Below, piece by piece: positions 49,926 to 63,000 of a DNA stretch of 64,000 bases. The stretch is from Eledone cirrhosa. Taxonomy: Eukaryota. The notes under the pieces are model-generated. The model was not told the DNA's origin. It was given only the letters and a program-made list of their open reading frames with translations, and did no database searches. The DNA lies in contig OZ024743.1 in the NCBI GenBank assembly GCA_964016885.1, positions 367,908,001-367,972,000 on the forward strand, written 5' to 3'. Position 1 is the stretch's first letter, and each line of letters opens with the position of its first letter. Made by a program: the position numbers and the translations under genes.

Positions 49926-50041
49926 TATACATACACATGCTCCCATGTATATACACATATACATATACATACATATGTACATGTGTATATACATATTTAC
50001 ATATACATACATATGTACATGTATATATACATATTTACACA

Positions 50042-50235
50042 CTTTTGGATGGCCGTTGACTCTTATGATTTCTTCCGCCCTTTGTCAGGTTTTGTTTTTT
50101 GTCCTGCAGGGTGTCCAAAATCACGCTCCTCATCAAGTAAGCTTGGTGGGGTTGCCGGTTTAGTCGCCGACGACCCGACCATGCTACAGGTTGTACTGGG
50201 TTACATGTTACCAGTAGCACCCAAAAGTGACCCAA
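50042..50235 (-). repeat. Module X copy
   Basis: Homologous to 26664-26863 and 36657-36830. Confidence 0.75.
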
Positions 50236-50371
50236 CATATATGCATATATATATATGTATACATACATACATACATGATGATGGCTGCCCCCTCGTTATC
50301 GAGTATGTCCATTGCACAAGAAAAAAAATAAATAAAAAATAAAATAAAATAAAATTAAATTAAATTAAAAA

Positions 50372-50404
<33 letters not shown>

Positions 50405-50429
50405 AAAAAAAAAAAGAAAAGAAAAAAAG

Positions 50430-50480
<51 letters not shown>

Positions 50481-50546
50481 CATACATATATACATACACA
50501 CATACATACACATACACTCACACATATATACACATACATTAATAAC

Positions 50547-50578
<32 letters not shown>

Positions 50579-50656
50579 CAATAATAATAATAACGACAAC
50601 AACAATAATAATATACATATTCATATATATATACACACACATGCACGCACATAAGC

Positions 50657-50708
<52 letters not shown>

Positions 50709-50878
50709 TAGCAACTAACAGTGCTGCGATCGAATGTGGCTTTTTAGCCCAGCCAATGATCTAAAATGTCTTACACAGAGTCGGCAACCAAAACATTCAC
50801 TGGGAATAGTCGGCAGTGGTAGGAGTTCGTATGTATATATATATATATATATATATATACATACATACATACATACAT

Positions 50879-50930
<52 letters not shown>

Positions 50931-50936
<6 letters not shown>

Positions 50937-51290
50937 ATACTTTGGGAGGGTCATGCTGCCAATAAAAAACACATGGACCTGTTGGATTTCACTTCAATTA
51001 ATTAAAAATATCTGGCTGGCTGGTTCAATACACAAAAACAAGATGGTGTAGGACAGAACAAAGGAGAGACACAAAATAAGAAATCAGTCATTGAGGAGGT
51101 CACAGAATGTGTGATGAAAGAGCTTTGACAATATATAAACAAACACCCAGTTATTGAACCAACCAATCAGAAATTTATAATAAATTGAAGTGAAATCCAA
51201 CAGGTGTGTATTTTTATAGGCAGCATGACCCTCTCAAAGTATAATAATTTCAGATAAGAAATCTTGCAAAACAAATTCAGAAACAAAGTA
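50931..51290. mobile_element. Fold-back/MITE-like element with long inverted arms, copy 2
   Basis: Arms about 50932-51030 and 51151-51247; core homologous to 1541-1650; flanked by (TA)n. Confidence 0.7.
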
Positions 51291-51436
51291 CATATATATA
51301 TATATATATATATATTTAGGGAAGCAGAAAATTGCTTATTGTGATCCAGGATAAATACCTGGATAAAATCCTTCTCTTAATGCTTACTTGTGTTTTCTCT
51401 TTTATACTATATATATATATACATATATATATTCGC

Positions 51437-54283
51437 TGAAGCACACCTCCAAGAAGTGAGATGGAAGGGTGCCTCAATAAGACTAATCACAGACAAGCAA
51501 CTTAGATATAAACTCTACTGGGTAGAAAATGGCAATGGGGTTAGAGGTGCAGGCATCTTACTAGCTGAGAAATGGATAGATAAGGTGATAGAGGTAGTTA
51601 GCATAAGTGACAGAATCATCAAGCTTAGATTAGCTGTTGGAAATAGACTGGTGACAATCACACCTGCCTATGCCCCACAGGCAGGACTGGTTAAAGAACA
51701 AAAGGATAGGTTCTATGAGGAACTTTTACAGACAGCTTCAAGTATTGATGAAAGAGACCTCATTATCCTGGGAGATAACTTCAATGGACATGTGGGACAG
51801 TACCAGGATGGATTCAGCAGAGTTCATGGCGGATATGGTTATGGCTCAAGGAATGACAAGGGGCTGCGACTCCTGGAATTCTGTGTCCAAATGAACATTT
51901 GCAACACAAATTTCAGGAAACCAGCCAACTACCTAATTTCATCTCAGTCAGGTGAACACACAAGCCAAATTTATTTCTTAATTGTAAGACAAGACAAACA
52001 GGCTGTAATACTAAGGCGTTCCCTGGGGAAGAATGCACTGCCCAGCACAAGTTAGTTATTAGTGACATCAAAATAAATAAAATACAGACCAAGACGCAGG
52101 AAAATATAGAGACAGAAGGTGTGGCAGCTAAAGGACCTCTCAGGTAAATATAGGTTAAGAAAGGCCCTACAGGATGCACTTGATGAGAGGGATGACAAGC
52201 TAGATACATACACCATAGAGGACAACTGGAAATTATTTTGTGACCTTTTGCAAACTACTGGCGAAACTTGCAGCTGGAGTAGTGTGCCAGCCAGACAGAG
52301 GGTGATCTGATGGTGGAACAGCTCAGTAGATAGAGCTATTAAAGCCAAGAGACAGCTATAGAAAGACTGTAAAAATGGGGGTAGTAGAGATCAGTACCAA
52401 GTAGCTAAGAAAGAAGCTAGGCGGCAGGTATACAGAGCTTGGAGAAAGGTTGAAGAAAGTAAATTTCCCAATGTCTTTAGATGTGAGGATCAGAAGCATG
52501 AATTGTTCCATATTACAAGGCAGTGTGTCAATGTGAATCAAATTGTTGTTGGGGAAAAATGTATTGGAATTGACATTGGTTTACTTAGCACCACGGATGC
52601 TTAAAAGAGAGAAGCCTAGAAATGTTACTATGAGAGCTTGATGAATGTGAGGAAGAGAAACTACCCCCAACTTGCCCATAGGAAGGACCAGCTATCGAAG
52701 TTGATAGTTTGAAGGTCAAAGATGCAATCAAGGAGATGAAGAAATAGTTGCTGAGATGCTAAAAGCATCAGGAGAGATAGGAGTCAAACTAGCAACCCAC
52801 ATAGTAAATCAAGTAATACATGATGGAGTCATACCCAGTTACAAAGGTGATGCTCTATAAAGGAGCAACTTAAGAAGAATAAAACTAATGGACCAAGTTA
52901 TGAAAGTGAGTGAAATTGTTATAGCGCAACTAATTAGGGAAAAAGTCAAAATAGATGAGTTGCAGTTTGGTGTCATGCCTGGGAAAAGTACTACAGATAC
53001 CCTCTTCTTAGAGAATCAAGAGAAGTTCCTAGCCAAAAATAAACCACTATATTTAGCTTTTGTTGATCGAGCGAAGGCCTTTAATAGAGTACCTCCATCT
53101 ATTATCTGGTGGTCTTAAGGAAATTAGGTGTAGAAGAATGGCTTGTGAGAGCAGTGCAAGCTATGTACAGAGGAGCTGTCAGTAAAATGAGAGTAGGAAA
53201 TAAGTTGAGCGAGGAATTCAAGGTACAGGTAGGAGTTCATTATGGTTCAGTTCTTACCCCACTACTGTTCATCATAGTTCTACAGGCCATAACAGATGAG
53301 TTTAAGACTGGCTGCCCATGGGAACTTCTCTATGCAGATGATTTGGTCCTTATAGCTGAAACCAAAGAAGAACTAGAAATTAAATTCTGGTTATGGAAAC
53401 TGAATTTGAAATTAACAGATCTGAGAGTAAACTAAAGTGCTAGTGAGTAGAAAAGATGGTAAAACTGAGATTCCGCCAGAGAAGTGGCCATGCTCAATAT
53501 GCAGAAAAAAAAGTAGGCATAAACTCCATACAATGTACACAATGTAAATCTTGGGTATAGAAAAGATATATTAGGTTAACAAGTAGACTATCAGGAAAGG
53601 AGATCTTTGTATGTAGAATGTTCACAGGAGAAATCAAGAGGAAGAGTGCTAATAATATAAACCTTTTTCAGTCACAGGAAGGATCCATAGATGTGGTTGA
53701 TAGCTTCTGCTATCTAGGTGACCTAATTGGCGGTGGAGGAGGGTGTACCGAGAATATAATAGCTAGAATAAGGATAGAATGGAAGATATTTAGGGAACTG
53801 CTCCCACTGCTGACAACAAATGTTTCTCCCTATGTAGAAAGGGAAGGCTGTTTGACACCTGTGTGCAGTGTGTCATGCTGCATTGTAGGGAAACATGGGC
53901 TGTGACAGCTGAAGACATGCGTAGGCTGGAGAGAAATGAAGCAACCATGTTCCTCTGGATGCATAATGTAAATGTGAGAGAAAGGCAGAGCTTGGGTGAC
54001 CTGAGAGAGAAGCTGGGTTTAAGGGGAATCTAAGATGGTGCGCAGGAGAGAAGACTGCATTGATATGGACATGTGATGCCCATGGACAATGACCAATGAA
54101 TGAAGAAATCGCAGTGGAAGAAAGTCACAATAGAGGATGACCAAGAAAGACATGAGCAGAAGTTGTGAGAGCTGACCTCAAATAGCTAAGACTCACAGAG
54201 GAGATGATGAGAGATGCTATGCTGAGAAGAACCCAACCAACCCATGCAAACATGGAAAAGCAGACGTAAAAATGATGATGACG

Positions 54284-54285
<2 letters not shown>
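51437..54285 (+). mobile_element. RTE-clade LINE, near full-length ORF2, decayed
   Basis: APE (LQEVRWKG, AYAPQ, FNGHVG); RT (QFG.MPGKST, LAFVD..KAF, GV..GSVL.P, LLYADD, FCYLGD); RTE tail with (GAT)n. Confidence 0.92.
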
Positions 54286-54343
<58 letters not shown>

Positions 54344-55259
54344 TATATGTCTTCATATACACCCCTGTTATGTACCATGCTACATTAGTGATACTATCTA
54401 TATATATAGACACACATACATATATAGGAAAAAAGTCAGGAACCCAACGGCAGAGCTATGGCTGTTTCGACAGCTAGATCCGAACTAAGCCAGCAGTATT
54501 AGAAAGGCAGGAATCTAGCTGATAAGTATCAAGGGGTACAGTCCATATATGGGCATGCAGTCAAAATAGAAAAATTAGAAATATCAAAGCAGACAATCCT
54601 AAAAATTTGTTGTTTTTCTTGTCTGTCACGGGGAGTGGTCAATGAATTATGATGTGATGTACATGGTTAAATTCCTTCATAGCTGCGTAGTGCTGAACTG
54701 GCCTGTAGAACAAAGGAGAGGGAGTAAGAGGAAAGTCTGACCTGTGGGTGCCAAGCTGGTCAGGCGTTAAGAGAGAAATCTTTACAATTATCTAACATTT
54801 ATAGAGATTCAAAAGGGTAAGGAAGTAATTTCAACATGCAAGAATCAAGGAAGGTTGTTAGAGAGTGTAAGTAAGTATGCCAAATCTGATCCTTACTGAT
54901 TCAGTTCCGAATAAAGAAATTTAATTATCAATTACTCTAATGCACAGGAAGGGCACCTCAACACACTAATTTACTAGTATTTTCTTTTATATACACTAAA
55001 AAAAAACATGGCTATGTGTTTGGCCGGTTCTATGTATATTCTATGTATATTATATGAAAATATTCTGGGTTAACCTAAGGCAAATTAGGAACTGTTTATT
55101 ATAGTGTAGATATGCAAAGATCCACCTAAATGTAATTAGAGTGTGTTACTAACGAAGAAAAACTTCTATTTCTACCTAAGTATGCTTAGTTTGTAATTAG
55201 GATGGAGATACTGCCGCGGTCTACCCACCCAGGTCGTGAGGGGTAAGATATGTCCTATA

Positions 55260-55640
55260 TATTCTGTGTTTACACGAGGTAACAAGTTCATCCTTTTGGT
55301 TTAACAATTGGTCCTTTGCAAACAGCATCTGAATCGTTTCCTCCGAGCATAAATTGCACGGATGGCGTCCTCCCGAGTAAGATGTTGCCTTGGAGAGTAT
55401 GTTCTAACTTAGATGGTAGGTAATGTTGTCGTCTTGGAGGTTCCAAATATGGTCAGAAAGAGCTGTCACGTGTCGCCGGTCTGGGTTTCTAAATTGTTGG
55501 TTTGGTAATACCGGGTCTTAAAATCGCAGGCGGTTAATCCGATGTAGGCCTTGTTGGAGTGTTCCATCCTCACGTTGCACTGGTAGACCATGTTTCGTTC
55601 ATGGCATCTGTTGTTGAGGGGGGCATGATGACCTATCCAG
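55260..55640 (-). pseudogene. PLE GIY-YIG endonuclease remnant
   Basis: PLNNRC..NMVYQC...YIGLT..FKTRY, then TALSDHIWNLQ...PCNLC.EE...LLNQKDEL..SCKH. Confidence 0.8.
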
Positions 55641-55654
55641 AAGTATATATACAG

Positions 55655-55736
<82 letters not shown>

Positions 55737-56172
55737 AAAGATATTCAGAAATTATGATTATCTTCCTTGTGAAACCATGTTTGTGAATATCATATTCTCT
55801 CCCCCACCCCTCATTATTATTTTTATTATTTTTATTATTTTTATTATTTTTACTATTCTTATAATTAATATTTGTTCTACAATTTGTACAAATATACAAT
55901 TCCACATCTATATTTCCACAATTTGACAATGCATAAAATGCTGAAACCGGTATTGTAAATAAATAAATAAATAAATTAATTAATTAATGTTTTGATACTT
56001 CACTGAAAGAAGAACAATTTGTTTTCAATATTTTCTACTGGAAAAAAAACATCGTTTTTTTTTCTAATGATTCGTTTTTCTCTATCTCTCTGTCTCTATA
56101 AATATATGTATAGGAAAATGTTCAAGACCCTGACGGCAGAGTTCAAGCCGTTTCGACGGGTATTTCTGGACT

Positions 56173-56733
56173 GTATATTTGGCAATATACCGTATGTTTA
56201 ATTAAAAACATTTTGAAGACCATACGCTATCGGTTTAAAAGTAGTGACTATGTAACTTACCTCTTTTTGGCGAAAGAAGGGAGAGAAGCTAACAGTCTGT
56301 TTCACGAAGTAACTGACATAGTCACTACGTTAAAACCGATACTGTATGGTCTTCAAAATGTTTTTAATCAAACATACGGTATATTGCCAAATATACTATA
56401 CATGCATTCATGTATACATCGCTATTTCAGAGCACCAATCCTAATACCTAATTGTTGCTGGACCGGCAATCGCTCTGTATAATCAGCTTCTGATTATTAC
56501 AGGAATTCTATAAGAATCCAGCTTCTATAATTTTCGGCGAAAACAGCGTGAAACAGACTGTTAACTTCTCTCCCTTCTTTCGCCGAAAAGAAGTAAGTGA
56601 CATAGTCACTACTTTAAAACCAATAGCGTATGGTCTTCAAAATGTTTTTAATTAAACATACAGTATATTCCCAAATATACTATACATATATTCTTCATGT
56701 ATACATCGCTATTTCAGAGCACCAATCCTAATA
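56173..56733. repeat. One inverted and two direct copies of a roughly 130-190 bp unit (PLE pseudo-LTR-like)
   Basis: 56173-56306 is inverted relative to 56307-56452 and 56547-56733. Confidence 0.8.
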
Positions 56734-57316
56734 TAGATATAGTAAAATTTTTAATAGAAATACTATTAAAATTTCTTACTCTACGACTCCTAACCTTGCA
56801 CATAACATCACAGCTTCAAATTTAGCTAAACTACCTAGCCGTAGGAACACGTGCAACCCTGTAGTTAGTACTAACTGTAATTGTAGGAATCGGGCTGATT
56901 GCCCCCTATCCGGGAAATGTCTCTCTAGTAACATTGTCTACAAATGTAAGGTTGTAACACCCACGTCCCGTAGGGCCTACATAGGGTTAACCGTCAATAG
57001 TTTCAAGCAGCGTCTTTACATGCATACCCATTCTTTTCGTTACCCTCTAAGAAGGAATATGACGTCACTTTCAGCTTACATCTGGAGTCTAAAAGACAAC
57101 CACACCCAATATAAGTTACACTGGGAGATCCTAGCTAGGGCTAGATCGTATAACGGAAATAAAAGACCATGTGACCTCTGCGCCGCTGAGGCCTTGGAAA
57201 TACTCTACGCCACAGACCACATCTTAAACAAAAAATCTGAGGCAATTTCGGCTTGTAAACATAAATTGCACAAAACTTTCCTGTATTACAGCCCCACGTT
57301 ATACCCTAACGGATAG
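56732..57316 (+). pseudogene. PLE C-terminal region with GIY-YIG endonuclease, 5'-truncated but uninterrupted
   Basis: Open frame: KIFNRNTIKISYS...CNCRNRADCPLSGKCLSSNIVYKC...AYIGLT..FKQRLYMH..SF...CDLC..E...LNKKSE..SACKH. Confidence 0.85.
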
Positions 57317-57894
57317 TACGATCTATACGTGGATATTTTACGTCTTGATGTGGAAGCTAAGTATATGTTTTGTTTATTCCTTTACTTATTTGCATAGGTA
57401 AGTATATATTACCCGTATGTTTTGTGAAGGTATGTATACCTTCTCGTACGTATATTTGATTGTTATGGCGTATAATTTTTATATTCTGGTATTTAGGGTT
57501 TGGCTATGTGTATACGGGAGTTTTGCGTCTGCGTGAGTATGCAGGTTCGTACGTATGGTGGGTGTGTATATGTGTACTTCTTGTTTTAGTTGACTTACGT
57601 CTCCGAACATTCGTGTATTTATATGTAGGTATGTGTGTGCGCTTGTTATATACGTATTTATTTACTTATATACGTTTATATAATTATTTATTTATTTGTA
57701 CACAAGCATACACGCACACACATATTTATATGTGCGTGGTTTTGTATACCTATGGTAAGGTTTTGCGTATGCTTGTGTATGTACGTACTTGTTTGCGTGT
57801 ATGTATTTATTTATTTCTATTACTTCTGTATTGTATTTATTTACTTTGTTCTTAACTCTGTAGCAGAGATCCATTTGGTCTCCTAGTTAGAATT

Positions 57895-58160
57895 TTAGTC
57901 TACGACTTCTGCCATACCATTTACGTGGTTTTGTCTTTGCGTGCTATTGTTATCCACGCTCCACATATGACTTATTATCTTCGTTTTTTCGTTCATTGCC
58001 AGTGAACGTCTCTATGCTCCACCTAAGAGAACATTAGTCTACGACCTCTTTTATACCATAAACGTGGTTCTGTCTTTGCGCGTAATTGTTTTTCACCGCT
58101 CCTATTAATGACGTATTATTCGTTTTTTTCCCGTTCTTTGCCAGCGAACGTTTCCACGAA
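57895..58160 (+). repeat. Diverged tandem duplication (about 140-bp unit) in the PLE 3' region
   Basis: TTAGTCTACGAC...ACGTGGTT.TGTCTTTGCG...TTGCCAG.GAACGT occurs twice. Confidence 0.8.
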
Positions 58161-58496
58161 CCAAAGTATCGTCTTCCTGTCTTCCTCCGGCTGCAACGTT
58201 TTTTGAAATATCCAGTTCTGCGTTTACAGATTGACTTTGTTAGTTTCAGAAGATCCCGTTAAGTGTGAAAGCAGCGATTATTTGCTTAAACTTTAATCTG
58301 TTATTTAATAAATATATGTATATATATATATGTATATATATGTATATATATATATATATATATATGTATACTAGCTGAGCTACCCGGTGATTCCCGGGTA
58401 TTTTATTAAAGTTACAATATTTGACCATTGAAATATGATTGCTGAATTTCAATTAACGTAGGAATTATAGCAGAATATTTATTGCCATTTGTTTAA

Positions 58497-58717
58497 CCCT
58501 TTAGCATTTACATTATTCTATATTTACTATTGTATTTTCAAAGTAAAGGCTTTATCTTACATAATTATCTCACATTATATTGAATCAATGAGATTTTAAT
58601 ATTATTTATTTTGAGAACAATACATTAACATCAGTATGAGTGGCTAGTTTGGGCTGGTTTGAACAGAAAGAGGTGAGAGAATTCTGTCCGGTTACAGCCG
58701 GTTTGAATGCTAAAGGG
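58497..58717. mobile_element. piggyBac-type MITE
   Basis: TTAA|CCCTTTAGCATT...AATGCTAAAGGG|TTAA; homologous to 4149-4354. Confidence 0.85.
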
Positions 58718-59149
58718 TTAAAGCAAATCATATAGATAAAAATATTATTAATTTTGTCCAGTGGTGATTTTTTTAATACTGCTCCCTATTACAGTCAACA
58801 TATATAATGCTTTGCACTTGGAAGAATCATTAGGTATTTTGTCAGTGAAAAGGGCATGACCCAAAAAATAAATTTAGATTCTATTTATCCTTTTTTTTTT
58901 TGCACAGTCAGAACCTCTGAAATTCAAACCAAATGTGAAGGCTATTTTAAAAAGCATAAATAAAATATAATAAAAAAAATAAATTTACCATTGGTTTATG
59001 AATGAATGAAGAATTTCCTTATTCATTTCTGTAATTCAGGAAAGTTTATTTAAATGTGTGTAAGTGTGGTAAATATATACATATATGCACCAGAAAGCAA
59101 ACTGCTACTGGCACTGCTTACATCTCTCCCGATCTCCCCATCACTCACA

Positions 59150-59430
59150 ATTATGAGCAAATGGGGGCCCATGCGTTGGCCGCCCAGCAGCCCCGGTGGT
59201 CGGAATAGAGGATGGTTAGGGAGACGTTCTGGAAAATCCATTCCGGCAATGCTCACCCCTGTGGATAGCCAACTCTGTGCCAACAGTGGTGAGTTGGGAG
59301 GTAGCCCTAGAGCCAAGGACACCAGAAGTTTCCATTGCTATGGGCTCAACAACAAACCTGTCGGAGAGCGACTGATATTTGGAGAGTTTACCCTCCATGG
59401 CCCAAAGTGCGGCAGAGCCTGGGTTAATTA
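59150..59430 (-). mobile_element. RLE-type (CRE-like) non-LTR retrotransposon 3' fragment
   Basis: PGSAA...K..KY..L...F..EPIAMETSGVLG...LAIHRG. Confidence 0.6.
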
Positions 59431-59654
59431 AAATTTTTACACTGTAGCTTTCACCAACTTTTACTTCTATGGTAGTAGGATCTTGTTTGAGGGAGATTTG
59501 TTTTCTATTTTTTTTAGGTACACCCACAGTTATAGTGGCTTCCATGACATACATAAACATGCATGTGTGTGTGTGTGTGTTTGTGTGTGTAAGACTGTTT
59601 TCCCCCTATAGTAGACATAACCCGAGAAAACACAGCTGGACTGCCATTGTGACA

Positions 59655-59960
59655 TCAAAGGTGGCTTTCACATGCAAATCCTCTCCAGGTCTTCTGTATA
59701 CTTTCAGTCTTGACCCAGGCGCATGCAAGGGAGATCCAGTTGGTGATGTACAAAGGATTAACTGCCTGATCGATAGCGCCTATCAGAACGTTATTGGCCT
59801 GTTTGTGGATCTGGTCCTTGAACTGCTTCATGATGCTGATGCCAAGAAATTGCAGCTTACTGGTGAATTCACCAGGAACAGAAGATGTAAAAGCATTGAG
59901 CTCACCCTGTGTCACCTTGAGTGAGCCTGCGGCGCTGGTTAACTTCCTCATTGCCACCAC
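59655..59960 (-). mobile_element. pogo/Tigger-like DDE transposase fragment
   Basis: VPGEFTSKLQFLGISIMKQFK...CAWVKTESIQKTW resembles P..TS.LQP.D.GI...FK...AW. Confidence 0.45.
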
Positions 59961-60042
59961 CCATAAAAATAGGCTTAAAATAAGGTTTACAAATAGACAG
60001 GTTTACGAATACATGAAACAATTGATTGGTGGTTGAGGATTA

Positions 60043-63000
60043 TCAGTTTTGCAGAGCCTCTTGGTAAACAACATTATGTGAATTGGCAGTATCGGTAGAG
60101 GGTTGGACACCATGCTTTCTAGCATAGTTACGTCCCTTTACAGTCTGAGTTCAAATCCCGCCGAGGTTAACTTTGCCTTTCATCCTTACGGGGTCGATAA
60201 AATAAAGTACCAGTAATGTACTGGTTAATTGCTGGCCTTGTGCCTAAAGTAGAAACAATTATTAGTCTTGCCCTGTGGAGCATAAACGAACAAATTATTT
60301 GGATTACTGACTCTTGAACAACCTACATACAGCTGGCAAGGTTTAGGCCAACCACCTCAATGACTGACCCTGTGCCTTGTTTATGGTCATTGCAAAGATC
60401 AGTTTCACTGGAAATTGTAGGTGCTTGAACTCAAATGGCACATCAGATGGGACCAGAGAAATACGCGGTATGAAGACAACTTCACCACTTGCTTTGCCAG
60501 TCAAAATGGTCGCCTCTAGAACTCTTGGCATCATCCTCTTGATCGTAAGTTGTGTCCTATTGCAGAGTTTGAATGGGTCCAAGATCCTTAAAAGCCTAAT
60601 TGGTGCACCAATTTTGTGGTGCAAATCATGAGGTGGAAAGCTTGCTGGTGTCAGACTGTTCAAAAATTTGATGGGGTAGTGCACAGCTTCGTCCAGGTTA
60701 AGTACAGAGTCAAATGACTTGTAGCTGCGACACTCGCCTGGCAGCTGCTCTAGGAGTCTGATGTTCAAGTCATCCACTGCAGCATTTTTTGGCACTAAGA
60801 TGGCACATTTTCTCAGCTAGGTGAGGTCTTCGAACTGAATCCCCAGGTTTGGATACACTTTAGACAATAAGTCATCCATATCGGAAACCATGTTTCCAAA
60901 AGGTAAACTGACCTGGCTATTTTGTCCAACAACCAGACTGCCATTTCTTATGTCGATCAGCTGCTTGGAGAAAGTTCCAGCTTCATCACCACTAAGCTGC
61001 ACTCTCATGTTCCTTTGGAGTGTTAACTTAGTCACACTGCTCTACAGGTAGGAAGACTTAATGCTGGCATTTACCTCATCTTGTTCCCTTTGGAATCACC
61101 GAAAATGTTTGTCTGAAGTCTCCAACAAGCAGGATATTCCACCTCCCATGAGCCATGTGTTGTGCCTCAGATCCTGCAATACCCTGTCAAGGTCCTCAAA
61201 GGCCCCCTTATGGCTCATAGTCGCCTCATCCCAGATGATCAACTTGCACTCACTGAGGAGTTTGCCTCTTATGGAGCCATGACTGATGTTGCAAGTTGCC
61301 TTCTCTTTCTTGGACAGGTCGAAAGGAAGTTTGAAAGACGAATGGGCTGTGCGGTCATCACTTAGCAGGGTAGTAGCTATTCCACTTGAGGCCACTGCCA
61401 GAGCAACCTGTATCGTATGCCGTATTTTTGCCAGCAAAAGGTTGATGATGAATGTTTTACCAGTCCCACCTGGGTGTCCAAGAAAAACATGCCTCGCCTT
61501 TCACCCTCAATGCTGGAAATGATTGACTTATAAACATACCTTTGATCCTCTGTCAGTCAATGCTAGTTATCAACTACATATGCTGCTATTTCTTCAGCAT
61601 CATAATTGATCTCACGCATGTACTCAACTGCTAGAGTGTTTGCCTGTTCTGGTTGAGACAGACCAAAAGTGGCAATTCCTTGACCCCCATAGTTTGCACT
61701 TGGGTGTTGATGTCGAGTAGTGCCGCATTGAAAATCCCACAATTAAATTCCATGTTTTTGCCACTCTATTGTGTACATCCATGCATTCAGATCACCAAAT
61801 ATTCTTCCATCTTTTAGTAGCCACAAAAGTCTTTTTTGTTTCTGGTGGAAAACCCTTGCAATAAGATCATGCCTGTCAGCGCACCTTTGACCTTCAAAGA
61901 AGTAGGCCTGAATTTCCTTCCACTTTGGGTTGCAGGTAAACGTTATAAAGAGATCAGGTTGGCCAAACTTACACACATAGGCCATGGCATCCTGGGTACA
62001 TTGATGCATGTAGCAAGGCGAGCCAGTAAAACTTGATGGTAGGATGACCTGCTGGCCCACGTTTTGAGCATTGCCGTCGCAATTCAGTGCATCCTGCAGG
62101 TGGATATATTGTTCTGATTGCAAATTTTTCTGGTTTATGCGAATGTATAACAAACGCTCAGATTCTACCATTGCATACATGTCCACCATAAGCTGGCTCA
62201 TCACCTCCTTGAACTGCAGAAGCTGATTGAATTGCCCATCTCGGACTATTAGACAGTAGGCATAAAAATCTTTGCAAGAAATAATTTTGTTTGTCTTCTG
62301 TCCATTTACCAGGTTTACTTGGCGCAGCTCAAAATTACACCCATCCTCTCCATGTGGAAACATCAAAGGGTACTGCAAACAATCATATGACCTGTGTGTC
62401 TCCTTGATGGATGATAAGCAGTTGTCGCGGTGATTGGAGACAATGTCACGGTTGCCATGCTCTTCTCCAACCAGAATGATTGCAACCTTATTTGTTGCAG
62501 GTGTATTGAACCGCCGGGCAAGCTCACCAACTGGCCATCTGTCAACCTTGATGATCACTTTGAGATCAGGCATCTCCTCCATTCATTCCAAAGCACACTT
62601 GAAGCTGTGGGCATATGGGTGAGTTGCATGTAGCATACTCTGGAACTCTGCTATTATCTGTCTGTCGACACCTTGAGTGAGCCTGCAGTGCTGGTTAACA
62701 TCCTCATTCCCACCACCCATGAAATACACTTGCACATACTTGGGCTCTTCATTTAAAACTGGTTGCAGGCTACCCACGCGGTGATAGCACTGCCCCTGGA
62801 TCTTATATATGGTGAAGAAGCCTCAAGTCTTTGTCTGCACCGAAGGATGTCATCATAAATGATGCATTGTACTTCCAGATTTTACCACTAAAGTGCTTGG
62901 CCTTTGGAGTGTCATCTGTAATCAGCTGCCTCACTACATCTGGAGGATCTTACATTGTCTTGAGTGTCACCTTTCCTCCAGTGCAGCACATAGCTGGAGC

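Noticed and set aside
54440-54530. Minus-strand stem CAGCTAGA/TCTAGCTG followed by CGAAACAGC
   Set aside because: The CTGANGA core is missing; too degenerate to call a ribozyme.
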